This document shows positions 30,301-38,940 of a stretch of 55,970 nt of DNA, in pieces. Location of the stretch: IMG/VR virus record IMGVR_UViG_3300025162_000062, positions 1 to 55,970 of that record; one strand, given 5' to 3'. Within the stretch, counting starts at the first letter, position 1; each line of letters opens with the position of its first letter. The translations under genes and the position numbers were made by a program. This DNA comes from a virus. Its lineage: Duplodnaviria > Caudoviricetes. Under the pieces are notes generated by a model. It did not search any database. It was not told where the DNA came from and was given only the letters and a program-made list of their open reading frames with translations.

Positions 30301-30919
30301 TTTTTAATAATACATTATTTTCTACAAATTTAACAAATTTGTAATCTGGTAACATTTTTAATATTTGTTCTAAATTTGGTTGACCTTCATATAATTCAGA
30401 ATTATCAAATTCTGTATATAAATATCTTGTTTTTTTCAAAGTTTCTGTTGCGCCTTCTATTAATTCTTTTTCTGCGCCTTGAACATCAACCCATATGAAG
30501 TCTATACTTTCTAATTTTTCTTCATTAAACCAATCATCTAATTTCTTAGTTTCAACTTTAATAGTGTTATTAAAAATACACCATCTGTGCTGTAATAAAT
30601 GTAATTTTGGTTTTTTAATTGAAGATGATTTATCCCAATCACCATACCAAGGCATTCCAGGATTACTACCACCACTTAAATGAAAATCAATCTCACCATT
30701 ACTGTTTGATATTGCCATTTCATAAAGTTTATAGTTTGAATATTTTTTCATTCTATTTTTAAACCTTTGTATAGCTCTTGGATCTGGTTCAAAACAATAT
30801 AATTGTATATTCTTAAATGTATTTACAAAATCTTCAGAATCTTCACCATCATTTGTACCAATTTCAAGAATTATTGGATTATCTTTATTTAATAATTGCT
30901 TTATTTCTCTTTTATTCAT
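30287..30919 (-). CDS. FkbM-family methyltransferase
   Basis: LEIGTNDG, FEPDP, IDFIWVDVQGAE, LYEGQ. Confidence 0.9.
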   Translation of the reverse strand: MNKREIKQLLNKDNPIILEIGTNDGEDSEDFVNTFKNIQLYCFEPDPRAIQRFKNRMKKYSNYKLYEMAISNSNGEIDFHLSGGSNPGMPWYGDWDKSSSIKKPKLHLLQHRWCIFNNTIKVETKKLDDWFNEEKLESIDFIWVDVQGAEKELIEGATETLKKTRYLYTEFDNSELYEGQPNLEQILKMLPDYKFVKFVENNVLLKNVKI

Positions 30920-31716
30920 AATTTTATTAATTTTACATCAATTTCCATATGACAGGCTGTATTTTTTAGTCCTTTAAAATCTTCAAAATCAATAATATAA
31001 TCATCTAAAAATTTATCATTCAAAAATAATGCTGAAATATTTCCATGAACATTATTATTAAAAGTTTGAACTTTGTTTATTGGATTATTCAAAATAACAG
31101 ATTCTTCAAAGCAAATCATTTTCAATCTGTTTAATGGATAACCAGCTATAATACTTTCGTATGAATTTGGACTATTAAAACTCAATACTTTTGTGAGAGA
31201 CGAGAATTCCTTTGTCCTAAAAAAATGTCCATCTAAACTCATCGGGTAGCCATAATCACCTTGCGCACCATACCACTTAAACAATAGATTTGAATCAAAA
31301 TTTGGTGGAGTTTGACGAATTCTTGCTGCATAGCAATATGTTAAATATGGATTTAATCTTAATGATAGTGTTAAAATATCATCATTCAAAGTAAACAACT
31401 TAAATTGCTTACAATCTAATGTGAATGGATTTTTAAAAACTATATCATCCACAAAAAACACAGTATAAGGATTGTCTTGATCTAATAAAAGTAAAACATG
31501 TTTCTTAAATTCTTGTGTTTCTTTTATATATCTAATATTTGAATCGTTGTGAATAGTAAAAAGTTTTTCATAACCTTCTTTGTACTTATCATTGGAATAA
31601 GTGTATAAAATATTAATTTTATATTGTGAAAACTCCTTAAAATAAAATTTCATGGAACGTAAAAAAAGTTCCAATTGGCACGCTCTATCTTTTGAAAAAA
31701 CTATAATATTCAACAT
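30916..31716 (-). CDS. Putative GT-A fold glycosyltransferase
   Basis: IIVFSKDR..QL, FFVDD; first gene of glycan operon. Confidence 0.6.
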   Translation of the reverse strand: MLNIIVFSKDRACQLELFLRSMKFYFKEFSQYKINILYTYSNDKYKEGYEKLFTIHNDSNIRYIKETQEFKKHVLLLLDQDNPYTVFFVDDIVFKNPFTLDCKQFKLFTLNDDILTLSLRLNPYLTYCYAARIRQTPPNFDSNLLFKWYGAQGDYGYPMSLDGHFFRTKEFSSLTKVLSFNSPNSYESIIAGYPLNRLKMICFEESVILNNPINKVQTFNNNVHGNISALFLNDKFLDDYIIDFEDFKGLKNTACHMEIDVKLIKL

Positions 31717-31766
31717 AAATTATTATAGGTCGAACACATTAAATTGTTTATAATTATTCTAAATAA

Positions 31767-33743
31767 TTATCTATTTTTTGGATATGCATATATCTTATTA
31801 ATTTGTTCGAATTTTTTTCTCAATAATTTAGCTTCTCTGTTGTTAACACCTATAACATAAGCATATTTATGTTTATTTTTTGGTTTTCTAACATGGCACT
31901 TACTCATACATTCTACAGAGTATTTTTTCATCATATCTACAATATTTTGTGGTATATTTTCCCACAAAATTGTAGTTTTTTTACTCCATCCATTATTCCA
32001 AACAACACCAGTTTTTTTCAAAAATGATTTATAAAAATTTAATTTTCTAAACCCACGGTTATTAACCCAGCCATTTGGATTATCTGGATTAAAATATAAT
32101 TTATCTGAGCCAAAATTATTTCCAAGATAATAAAAATTACAAGCCTGATATATTGTACCAAGTTCTTTTGCTTCTGGATCAGCATATGCCTCAAACAATC
32201 TAAACTCTGTATTTTTAACCATCCATTTAATTGACCACATTAATAACGCACTTGCTAAATTTTTTGGCGTCCAAGAAGCACAAGCACCTCTACTTATAAG
32301 TTTTTCTAATTTTGAAGTTTCTTCTCCTAACATTACAGAAAATGAATTTGGTGTTGACATAATAATAACACCAGCTAATATATTATTATATGTTGCAACA
32401 AATCTATGTGTTGGCCTATTTGGCATTTTACCTAACCATTCATATTTTTTAATAAAATTTACTATCTCACCAGTTCTAATATCATCCTTAGATATTGATT
32501 CAAAATTAAAATCAGAAATTTTTAAATTTGTATAATCAAAATCTATATTTTTTATATCATCTTCTAGAGTTTTTAATCGTAAATCATATTGCCAAGAATG
32601 AGATTTATTATAAATAATGGGATCTATCATTTTATTAAAAATATCATAATCTTTATCTAAAATGAAAATGAAATTATATCCATTTTCTTTACATATTTTT
32701 TCTTTTTCTAAATTTTTATCTTTGTGTATATCAAACCAATATGATGATTTTATTTCTATTATCAAATTCAAATCTTCAAAATAAAAATCTGGATGGTATA
32801 TACATTCTTTATTATTAAAAATATATTTAATTGAATTTCCTCTTTTAATAGTTATTTTATCAAAATAAGTATTCAAAAAATCTAATTCATATTCTCCTTG
32901 ATAATAAAGTTCCGAATCTCTAAAATTTAGAATGTGATATCCATTTCTAATCATTTTTTTATAAATTTCTACATTTTGTGCTGGATAATACACACCATAT
33001 TTTTCAAAAATAATGTTAGATAATTTTTGTTTCACTAATTCATTTTGCATTGGATTTTCAAATCCAAATTTTTCTAAACAAGTCTCTTTGTATTTTTCTC
33101 TATTATTATAAAATTCGTCATTATATCTTTCTTTTTTTGTATCAGATATTTTCTCTTTAATTGTTTTAGAGCCTAAAGGCGATTTAGATAAATATCTTTC
33201 TATACAAGTATTTTCAAATTTTAATTTAATTTCACTATTCTTCAACGGTGAATCTACACCATATAAATTATTTAATGTAATTTTGGATTTTTCTTTAAAA
33301 TCGTTAGTTGACATATATTCATCAGAGCCATATTTTTCTTTAAATGTTTTTTTGGATTTTTCTCTAACTTCTTTATTTTGTGCAGAGTGTTCTACACCGT
33401 ATCTTTCCAAATTTGTTTCCTTAGACTTTTCTTTAAACTTATCCAATTTTAATGGATGATCTACACCATATCTTTCTAAATTAGTTTCTTTTGTTCTACT
33501 ACCAGAACAATGCTTACAATGATAAGCATCATTCTGAATATTTCTTAAATATGAAAAATATGAAATATTATATTCCTTCTGACACTTATCACAAATAACA
33601 TCAATCTTATGCTTAGTTGTTTTTGGTAAATCATTAACATTAATTATTATAGTGTCTCCAGATTTTACCTCATACCCTAAACTAATATAGTGACCTATAT
33701 TTTTGTTAGTTGTTTTTACTTCTATTTTATTTATTTTAATCAT
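31767..33743 (-). CDS. Homing-endonuclease-like protein fused to Mom-like (GNAT-fold) domain
   Basis: Zn ribbon, ETNLERYG repeats, YHPDF..IIEIKS nuclease, then LISR..PKNLAS..AYADP..GTIYQACNF.YLG..KHKY. Confidence 0.7.
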   Translation of the reverse strand: MIKINKIEVKTTNKNIGHYISLGYEVKSGDTIIINVNDLPKTTKHKIDVICDKCQKEYNISYFSYLRNIQNDAYHCKHCSGSRTKETNLERYGVDHPLKLDKFKEKSKETNLERYGVEHSAQNKEVREKSKKTFKEKYGSDEYMSTNDFKEKSKITLNNLYGVDSPLKNSEIKLKFENTCIERYLSKSPLGSKTIKEKISDTKKERYNDEFYNNREKYKETCLEKFGFENPMQNELVKQKLSNIIFEKYGVYYPAQNVEIYKKMIRNGYHILNFRDSELYYQGEYELDFLNTYFDKITIKRGNSIKYIFNNKECIYHPDFYFEDLNLIIEIKSSYWFDIHKDKNLEKEKICKENGYNFIFILDKDYDIFNKMIDPIIYNKSHSWQYDLRLKTLEDDIKNIDFDYTNLKISDFNFESISKDDIRTGEIVNFIKKYEWLGKMPNRPTHRFVATYNNILAGVIIMSTPNSFSVMLGEETSKLEKLISRGACASWTPKNLASALLMWSIKWMVKNTEFRLFEAYADPEAKELGTIYQACNFYYLGNNFGSDKLYFNPDNPNGWVNNRGFRKLNFYKSFLKKTGVVWNNGWSKKTTILWENIPQNIVDMMKKYSVECMSKCHVRKPKNKHKYAYVIGVNNREAKLLRKKFEQINKIYAYPKNR

Positions 33744-33757
33744 ATATCTATATAGTA

Positions 33758-33815
33758 TTTAATAGCACAAAAGTTTATATTATTATCAATTTTAATAGCA
33801 CAAAAGTTTATATTA
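33758..33815. repeat. 25-bp direct repeat x2
   Basis: TTTAATAGCACAAAAGTTTATATTA at 33758 and 33791. Confidence 0.9.
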
Positions 33816-33831
33816 ATATATAATAACGCAC

Positions 33832-33863
33832 AAAAAAAAGAGAGGATAAATCCTCTCTCTTTT
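33832..33863 (-). terminator. Intrinsic terminator of capsid gene
   Basis: AGAGAGGAT-aa-ATCCTCTCT stem with U tract on minus strand. Confidence 0.85.
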
Positions 33864-33882
33864 ATTATATAGTGTGTAACTA

Positions 33883-35721
33883 TTAGATTAAAACACCAGC
33901 TGAGTCAGTAACGACAATTGTCATAAATTGCTTCCAGGGAAAAAATCCGATATCGGCAACCGCATAACGGCTACGAATCATCATCCTTGGTGCCCAAGTT
34001 GCTTCCGAGATTAACTGAATTGACTGTGCCATCAAATAAGGTACGAATACCAAACCTGGTTGTTCAACAGAATTCTTTCTTCCTAAGAAGATACGGTTGT
34101 CATCCCATCTTTGATAAGGGTCAACATAGATGCTGATGTTACCAACATTACCCATTGGGAAAAGTTGACCATTTGCGTTTAAGTTAGCCTTAACAGGGTT
34201 AAGAGTATAACCAGCAACATCTTGAATAACAGATGCTAAGTTACCATTGGTAACAAGGTATTGAGCAGGACCTACACGACCTTCAGTTGCGATGAAGTTA
34301 GAAGCGTTGTTCAATTTAGCAATAAGTTTTCTTGGATTGAGGTGAGTTGTTTCACCTCCTGGGGTAGCGGCACCAACTGCTAAGTAAGTGTCAACGTTGA
34401 AGTCAAATTTAGGATTGCCAGAGCCATCTTTTGGAGTTGTCCAAGCAGTTCTATTTTTGTCAGCCATTTCAGTTACTTTAGCGATGATTTGTTTAGAAAT
34501 AGTTTGGGTAAGTTCATTAACCAATACAGATTCTAATTTTTGAACGATATCCATGCCTGTTGCAGCTTTGATATCTTCAATTTGAGTTCTCTTCAATGAA
34601 GATGTGATCTCAATGTCACCAACTTGGATAGTCTTGGTGAAGATGTCAGGACCAATAACGTTTGGATAAGTTCTTTCGTCCTCATCTCTTGTCATAGGCT
34701 TGTTCATGTACCAACCTGCACTAAATCCAGGAATGTGATCTTCAAGTAATGATACTAAATCAATAGTAACACCTGTTAATTGAACTTCAGTAACAACTGC
34801 ATCAGTTGTAGCAAGTTGCATTTTAACGTTTGAGTTCAACATATCAACGATTGAATAAGCTGCTGTTGGGAAAGTATTTCTGTCATCAACGAATCCCCAA
34901 CCTGCGTTGTTAGATCCTGGATTGAATTGACGGAAAATTCTAAACATAGGATAACCATTAATACGTGACCAGCCTAAGAATTCCATCCAACCTTCTTTTG
35001 CAAGAGTAGCGTTTTTAGGATAGTTAGTTAATACTGGATCAAAACCTTGAAGAATAGGAGCTGTAACAGGACCACCTTTTGCAAAGTATGCTGCTAAGTC
35101 AGTTGTAGCACCAACGTTATTAGTGGTGTTATTAACTGTTAAAGTACCACCAGTTAAGTGAACATAAAGAGGATTGGTTAAACCACCTACTTTTTCTCTG
35201 ATTGGTTGGCCATTAGCGTCTTCTTTTACAGACATAGCTGCTTTTAATGCAGTATTCAATGTAGAAAGTCCACCTGCTAAATTCAATGAGAACATAATTG
35301 GTCTTTCATCTTTCAATGTAGAATCAGATAAGTTGTCATATTTGAAGTCAACAAATAATAAGTCAACTTTTGGAGAAGAAGCTGGTTTAACAGCTACTAA
35401 ATCTAAACCAATGGTTTGAGCAGCAATTTTCATAGAAACTGGTAAAAGGTTTTGACCGATATCACCAGAACCAATACCACCAGCTTGACCTGAGGTATAA
35501 TCACCCCAAACTAAACCAGGAGTGGTTGAAGGTTGAGCAGCTACAACTGGTCCCATACCATTTAAGTTACCTAATGTGCTATAAGCTACATTTTCATTTA
35601 ATGAATGCATTTCAGCATATTCAGACATCCATTTCATTTTGTAAGGATCGCTAACGCCTAAAGATTCCAATACTGGTTTCCATTTGTTGATCGCTTTTTG
35701 ATTGTCAATTATTAAATTCAT
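33883..35721 (-). CDS. gp23: Major capsid protein, T4 gp23-like
   Basis: NKWKPVLE, IAAQTIGLDLVAVKP, IEDIKAATGMD, GRVG, IYVDPY, GLVFVPY, PRMMIRSRYA. Confidence 0.93.
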   Translation of the reverse strand: MNLIIDNQKAINKWKPVLESLGVSDPYKMKWMSEYAEMHSLNENVAYSTLGNLNGMGPVVAAQPSTTPGLVWGDYTSGQAGGIGSGDIGQNLLPVSMKIAAQTIGLDLVAVKPASSPKVDLLFVDFKYDNLSDSTLKDERPIMFSLNLAGGLSTLNTALKAAMSVKEDANGQPIREKVGGLTNPLYVHLTGGTLTVNNTTNNVGATTDLAAYFAKGGPVTAPILQGFDPVLTNYPKNATLAKEGWMEFLGWSRINGYPMFRIFRQFNPGSNNAGWGFVDDRNTFPTAAYSIVDMLNSNVKMQLATTDAVVTEVQLTGVTIDLVSLLEDHIPGFSAGWYMNKPMTRDEDERTYPNVIGPDIFTKTIQVGDIEITSSLKRTQIEDIKAATGMDIVQKLESVLVNELTQTISKQIIAKVTEMADKNRTAWTTPKDGSGNPKFDFNVDTYLAVGAATPGGETTHLNPRKLIAKLNNASNFIATEGRVGPAQYLVTNGNLASVIQDVAGYTLNPVKANLNANGQLFPMGNVGNISIYVDPYQRWDDNRIFLGRKNSVEQPGLVFVPYLMAQSIQLISEATWAPRMMIRSRYAVADIGFFPWKQFMTIVVTDSAGVLI

Positions 35722-35815
35722 TTTTTGTTTTGTTTTTTATAAGACATAAGTCTTTGTTTTTTATGATAATATATATTCTTTAAAAAATATCATTTTTTTC
35801 TATTTTTGATATTTA

Positions 35816-38203
35816 TTAAGAATTTAATTTATCAAACACCTTTAAGAAATTATCAAGCTGATTCTCAGTAAGTTTTGAGCCATCAACAAGACGATTTTCG
35901 GTGATTAATTGTTTTGCAGGTTTTTCGTTTGTATACCTTTCTAAATCACGACTATACCAGAAGCTCTCAAATTTTTGTACTGTATCAAGGGCAGGGAACA
36001 ATCTTGAAGAAGTCAAGATTTGGTTTTTTACGTTTGTGTCGAGTTTTTCCCAAATTGGTGTTAATTCTGATGGCATTGCATCAAGTAACAAATCATTAAA
36101 AGATTTCTTTTTTGGAGAAAGTGCTTCATTTATGATTGATAACACTTGTGCTTCGCTTGTGTACTTACCTTCGCTTTCTTTTAACGCGATTTTAACTTTA
36201 ACTTTATCATCGTTTGATAAGTTGTAATAAGCTGCTTTTCTTTTCTCTGTTAAGAACATCAAGAAATGTGGCTGATCGTTTTCTGAAGCCTTACGTTTTT
36301 TGGTTTCAAGGATCAAAGTATTTAAATTTTCTGTTAATTTATTTTGGATTGTATTTAATCTGCTACCAAGTCTAGTAACTTTAGATTCGTGAACTTCAAC
36401 TTCTGGTTGTGCACCTTCAGCATCAGGAACGTCTAATTTAATAACAATCATTCCATTTTGTGGATTAGTTGCTTGAACCTCACCTGTTTGGTCACCAATG
36501 GCTACAGTTTCACCAGGAGCTGGCATGCCTGTTGCTTCACCTTCTCCAGTGTCAACTGGTTCTTCGGTAGTTGGTTCAATTGGTTCTTCTGTTGGTAATT
36601 CACCTTCAACTGGTTCTTCAGTAGGTTCTTCAGTAGCAACTGGTTCTTCAGCAACTGGTTCTTCACCTTCTGGAGCTTCTGTTGTTGGTTGATCAACAGT
36701 TGGTTCTGCGGTTGGAGCAGCGGTTTCTTCTTCATAATATTTATCAACATTAACTGTATCGTCTTCGTTAATAAATGTGTATTGACTTTCAAGAACTTTT
36801 CCAGTTTTTAATTGTTCTGTTAAAAGTTTTGAACCTTCAATAGTTTTGTCAAGACTTTCTGCAATATAATTGGTGTAAGCCATTGCATCGTCTAGATTTT
36901 CAGCAATATATTCAGAATAAGAGATATTATTATCTACATGTTCTGCAATGTATTCTGCATAAGCGATATTGTTATCAAGGTTTTCAGCGATGTACTCTGA
37001 ATAAACAATAGAGTTATCAAGGTTTTCTGCTAAATATTCTGAATAAACAATAGAGTTATCAAGATTTTCAGCTAAGTATTGTGAATACTCAATTGAATTA
37101 TCAAGATTTTCAGCTATGTACTCTGAATAATCAATAGTTTTATCAAGATTTTCAGCTATGTACTCTGAATATTTGATATTCTTGTCAACGTGTTCTGCAA
37201 TATATTCTGAAAAATCAATGTTTTTATCCAAAGTTTCAGCGATATACTTACCATAATCAATAGATTTGTCTAAACTTTCAGCTAAATACTCTGAGTAATC
37301 ACTTACTTTTTCTAAGCTTTCAGCAAGATAGTCATTGTGCTTAATTAAGTCAGTTGTAGTTTTTTTCAACTCAACATTCTCGTTAACAACAATTTGTAAT
37401 CTTTCTGCTAAATAATCTAAGTATTTGCCGATTTTTGATTGTTGTTCTTGTAATTTTTCATAATAGCTAAGCATATCATTTAACTTAGAAGGGTCGAAAT
37501 CACTTTTTGTTTTGATGGCTTCGTTAATGTTACCTTTAAATTTTTCAATTTCTTCTGTTAAATAATTTGAATACTCAAGCATTTGTTTTTTAGTTACAAA
37601 TTCTTCGTTCATTTTAAATAATTCATTTATTTTTGACTCGTCGGACATATCGAATATCCTAAAGTTGGCTGATTCATTAAATCCCAAACTTTCGTTTAAT
37701 GATTTAACTTGCATTCTTGCTGAACTAAATCCTGGATCAGCAACGGCATCATAAGTAAATAACTTTTTTACAGTTACCGTTCCATCTGATTCTGTGATAC
37801 CTGCAGCTCTAGATGATACAAAAATAGGACAACCATCATCAACAAGTGCTTTCGCCTCTTTACCCCAATGGGTATTAAGCAATCGAATTTCACCTTTAAC
37901 TACGTTAGTTTCTTTAACGAAAAAGGCGCTTTCAATTGTGTGTGAAACTCTTGATAATGAAGTGTCAAAAACATCTGGGTGATCAAATTCTCCATAAACA
38001 ACGCCTAGCTGATTTTTACGTTTTATTAATTCATCAAGGTGAGGGAGGAACTTATCAGCAGTGTATATCCTATCATTACGATTTTTGATATTAAATTCTG
38101 TGAATGTTCCTTCTAAAATGTACTGACCTTTTTGTCCAGCAGATGCTTGTTCATTTAGTCTAAGACCGTCCATGCAATGTTCTACAATAAGGACTGGTTT
38201 CAT
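35816..38203 (-). CDS. gp21: Prohead protease (gp21-like) fused to scaffold/core domain
   Basis: KNRNDRIY, GEFDHP, VSH, VSSRAAG, YDAVADPG, followed by long coiled-coil and acidic linker. Confidence 0.9.
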   Translation of the reverse strand: MKPVLIVEHCMDGLRLNEQASAGQKGQYILEGTFTEFNIKNRNDRIYTADKFLPHLDELIKRKNQLGVVYGEFDHPDVFDTSLSRVSHTIESAFFVKETNVVKGEIRLLNTHWGKEAKALVDDGCPIFVSSRAAGITESDGTVTVKKLFTYDAVADPGFSSARMQVKSLNESLGFNESANFRIFDMSDESKINELFKMNEEFVTKKQMLEYSNYLTEEIEKFKGNINEAIKTKSDFDPSKLNDMLSYYEKLQEQQSKIGKYLDYLAERLQIVVNENVELKKTTTDLIKHNDYLAESLEKVSDYSEYLAESLDKSIDYGKYIAETLDKNIDFSEYIAEHVDKNIKYSEYIAENLDKTIDYSEYIAENLDNSIEYSQYLAENLDNSIVYSEYLAENLDNSIVYSEYIAENLDNNIAYAEYIAEHVDNNISYSEYIAENLDDAMAYTNYIAESLDKTIEGSKLLTEQLKTGKVLESQYTFINEDDTVNVDKYYEEETAAPTAEPTVDQPTTEAPEGEEPVAEEPVATEEPTEEPVEGELPTEEPIEPTTEEPVDTGEGEATGMPAPGETVAIGDQTGEVQATNPQNGMIVIKLDVPDAEGAQPEVEVHESKVTRLGSRLNTIQNKLTENLNTLILETKKRKASENDQPHFLMFLTEKRKAAYYNLSNDDKVKVKIALKESEGKYTSEAQVLSIINEALSPKKKSFNDLLLDAMPSELTPIWEKLDTNVKNQILTSSRLFPALDTVQKFESFWYSRDLERYTNEKPAKQLITENRLVDGSKLTENQLDNFLKVFDKLNS
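36838..37335 (-). repeat. 42-nt (14-aa) coding tandem repeat, about 12 copies
   Basis: YSEY(I/L)AENLDNSIx units. Confidence 0.9.
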
Positions 38204-38283
38204 AAATTTTTCTGGTTTTTTGTTTTATATATAAGTTAAAAAATACCATTTTTTTCTATTTTTGAATCACTTACAGATTTAAA

Positions 38284-38320
38284 ACAAAAAAAGTTAGATT
38301 TTCATCTAACTTTTTTTGTT
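38284..38320. terminator. Intrinsic terminator
   Basis: AAAAAAAGTTAGAT-tttc-ATCTAACTTTTTTT. Confidence 0.8.
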
Positions 38321-38925
38321 TAAATAGCATTTAAAAAATCATCAATATCATCATCAGGTTTCTTAGAGTCAACTTTTTTTGTTTTTTTCACAGTTGGCTT
38401 AGTAACATCCTTTGTAACTACATTTTTTTTAGTTTCTTTTACAACTTCTTTAATTTCTTCTTTTTTTGATTCTGGTATTTTAGAAGGTTTACTCAATTGT
38501 TCATTAAAATATTTTAATAAGTCTTCTTCTTCTTTATCCTGAACCTCCATTTCTTTAATTTTATCTAAAAATGCAGTACTTTCATCATCAGACTTTTTCA
38601 TTTCTTCTTCAAAAGAAATTTCTGATTCTGATTCTGGTTCTGGTTCAATTCCTAATATTTTTTCTTTAACCCATTCTTTACTAAAATATGGTTTATCATC
38701 TTCAACAATACTTGATAAAGTTTCTGCTATCTTCTCTCTTTGACCCTTAATTTTAGCTTTGATTTCATCTTCATATTTTTTTCCAGGAATTTTTAATTTT
38801 TTTAACTCACCACCAATTATTATTTCATAATAATTATCTTTTTCTCCTACAAATTTTTCTACATCTTCTATATCAAATATATCGTTGTGATATAAAATTG
38901 AAACTATTCTTCTATCTATACTCAT
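38320..38925 (-). CDS. Acidic/Lys-rich hypothetical protein containing portal-like segment
   Basis: ORF track; KPYFSKEW segment; ends DDIDDFLNAI. Confidence 0.65.
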   Translation of the reverse strand: MSIDRRIVSILYHNDIFDIEDVEKFVGEKDNYYEIIIGGELKKLKIPGKKYEDEIKAKIKGQREKIAETLSSIVEDDKPYFSKEWVKEKILGIEPEPESESEISFEEEMKKSDDESTAFLDKIKEMEVQDKEEEDLLKYFNEQLSKPSKIPESKKEEIKEVVKETKKNVVTKDVTKPTVKKTKKVDSKKPDDDIDDFLNAI

Positions 38926-38940
38926 TATTATAATTTATTT

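Noticed and set aside
33758-33835. Possible mini CRISPR array
   Set aside because: Only two 25-bp copies with an 8-bp gap; no spacer-length unique sequence and no cas genes.
36838-37335. 42-nt periodic DNA as CRISPR or non-coding array
   Set aside because: In-frame, with variation mostly at synonymous positions; a protein repeat.
35174-37982. Antisense ORFs within capsid and protease genes, and similar ones at 3804, 47479, 49751, 49987, 55571
   Set aside because: Opposite well-supported genes, with no motifs or expression signals.
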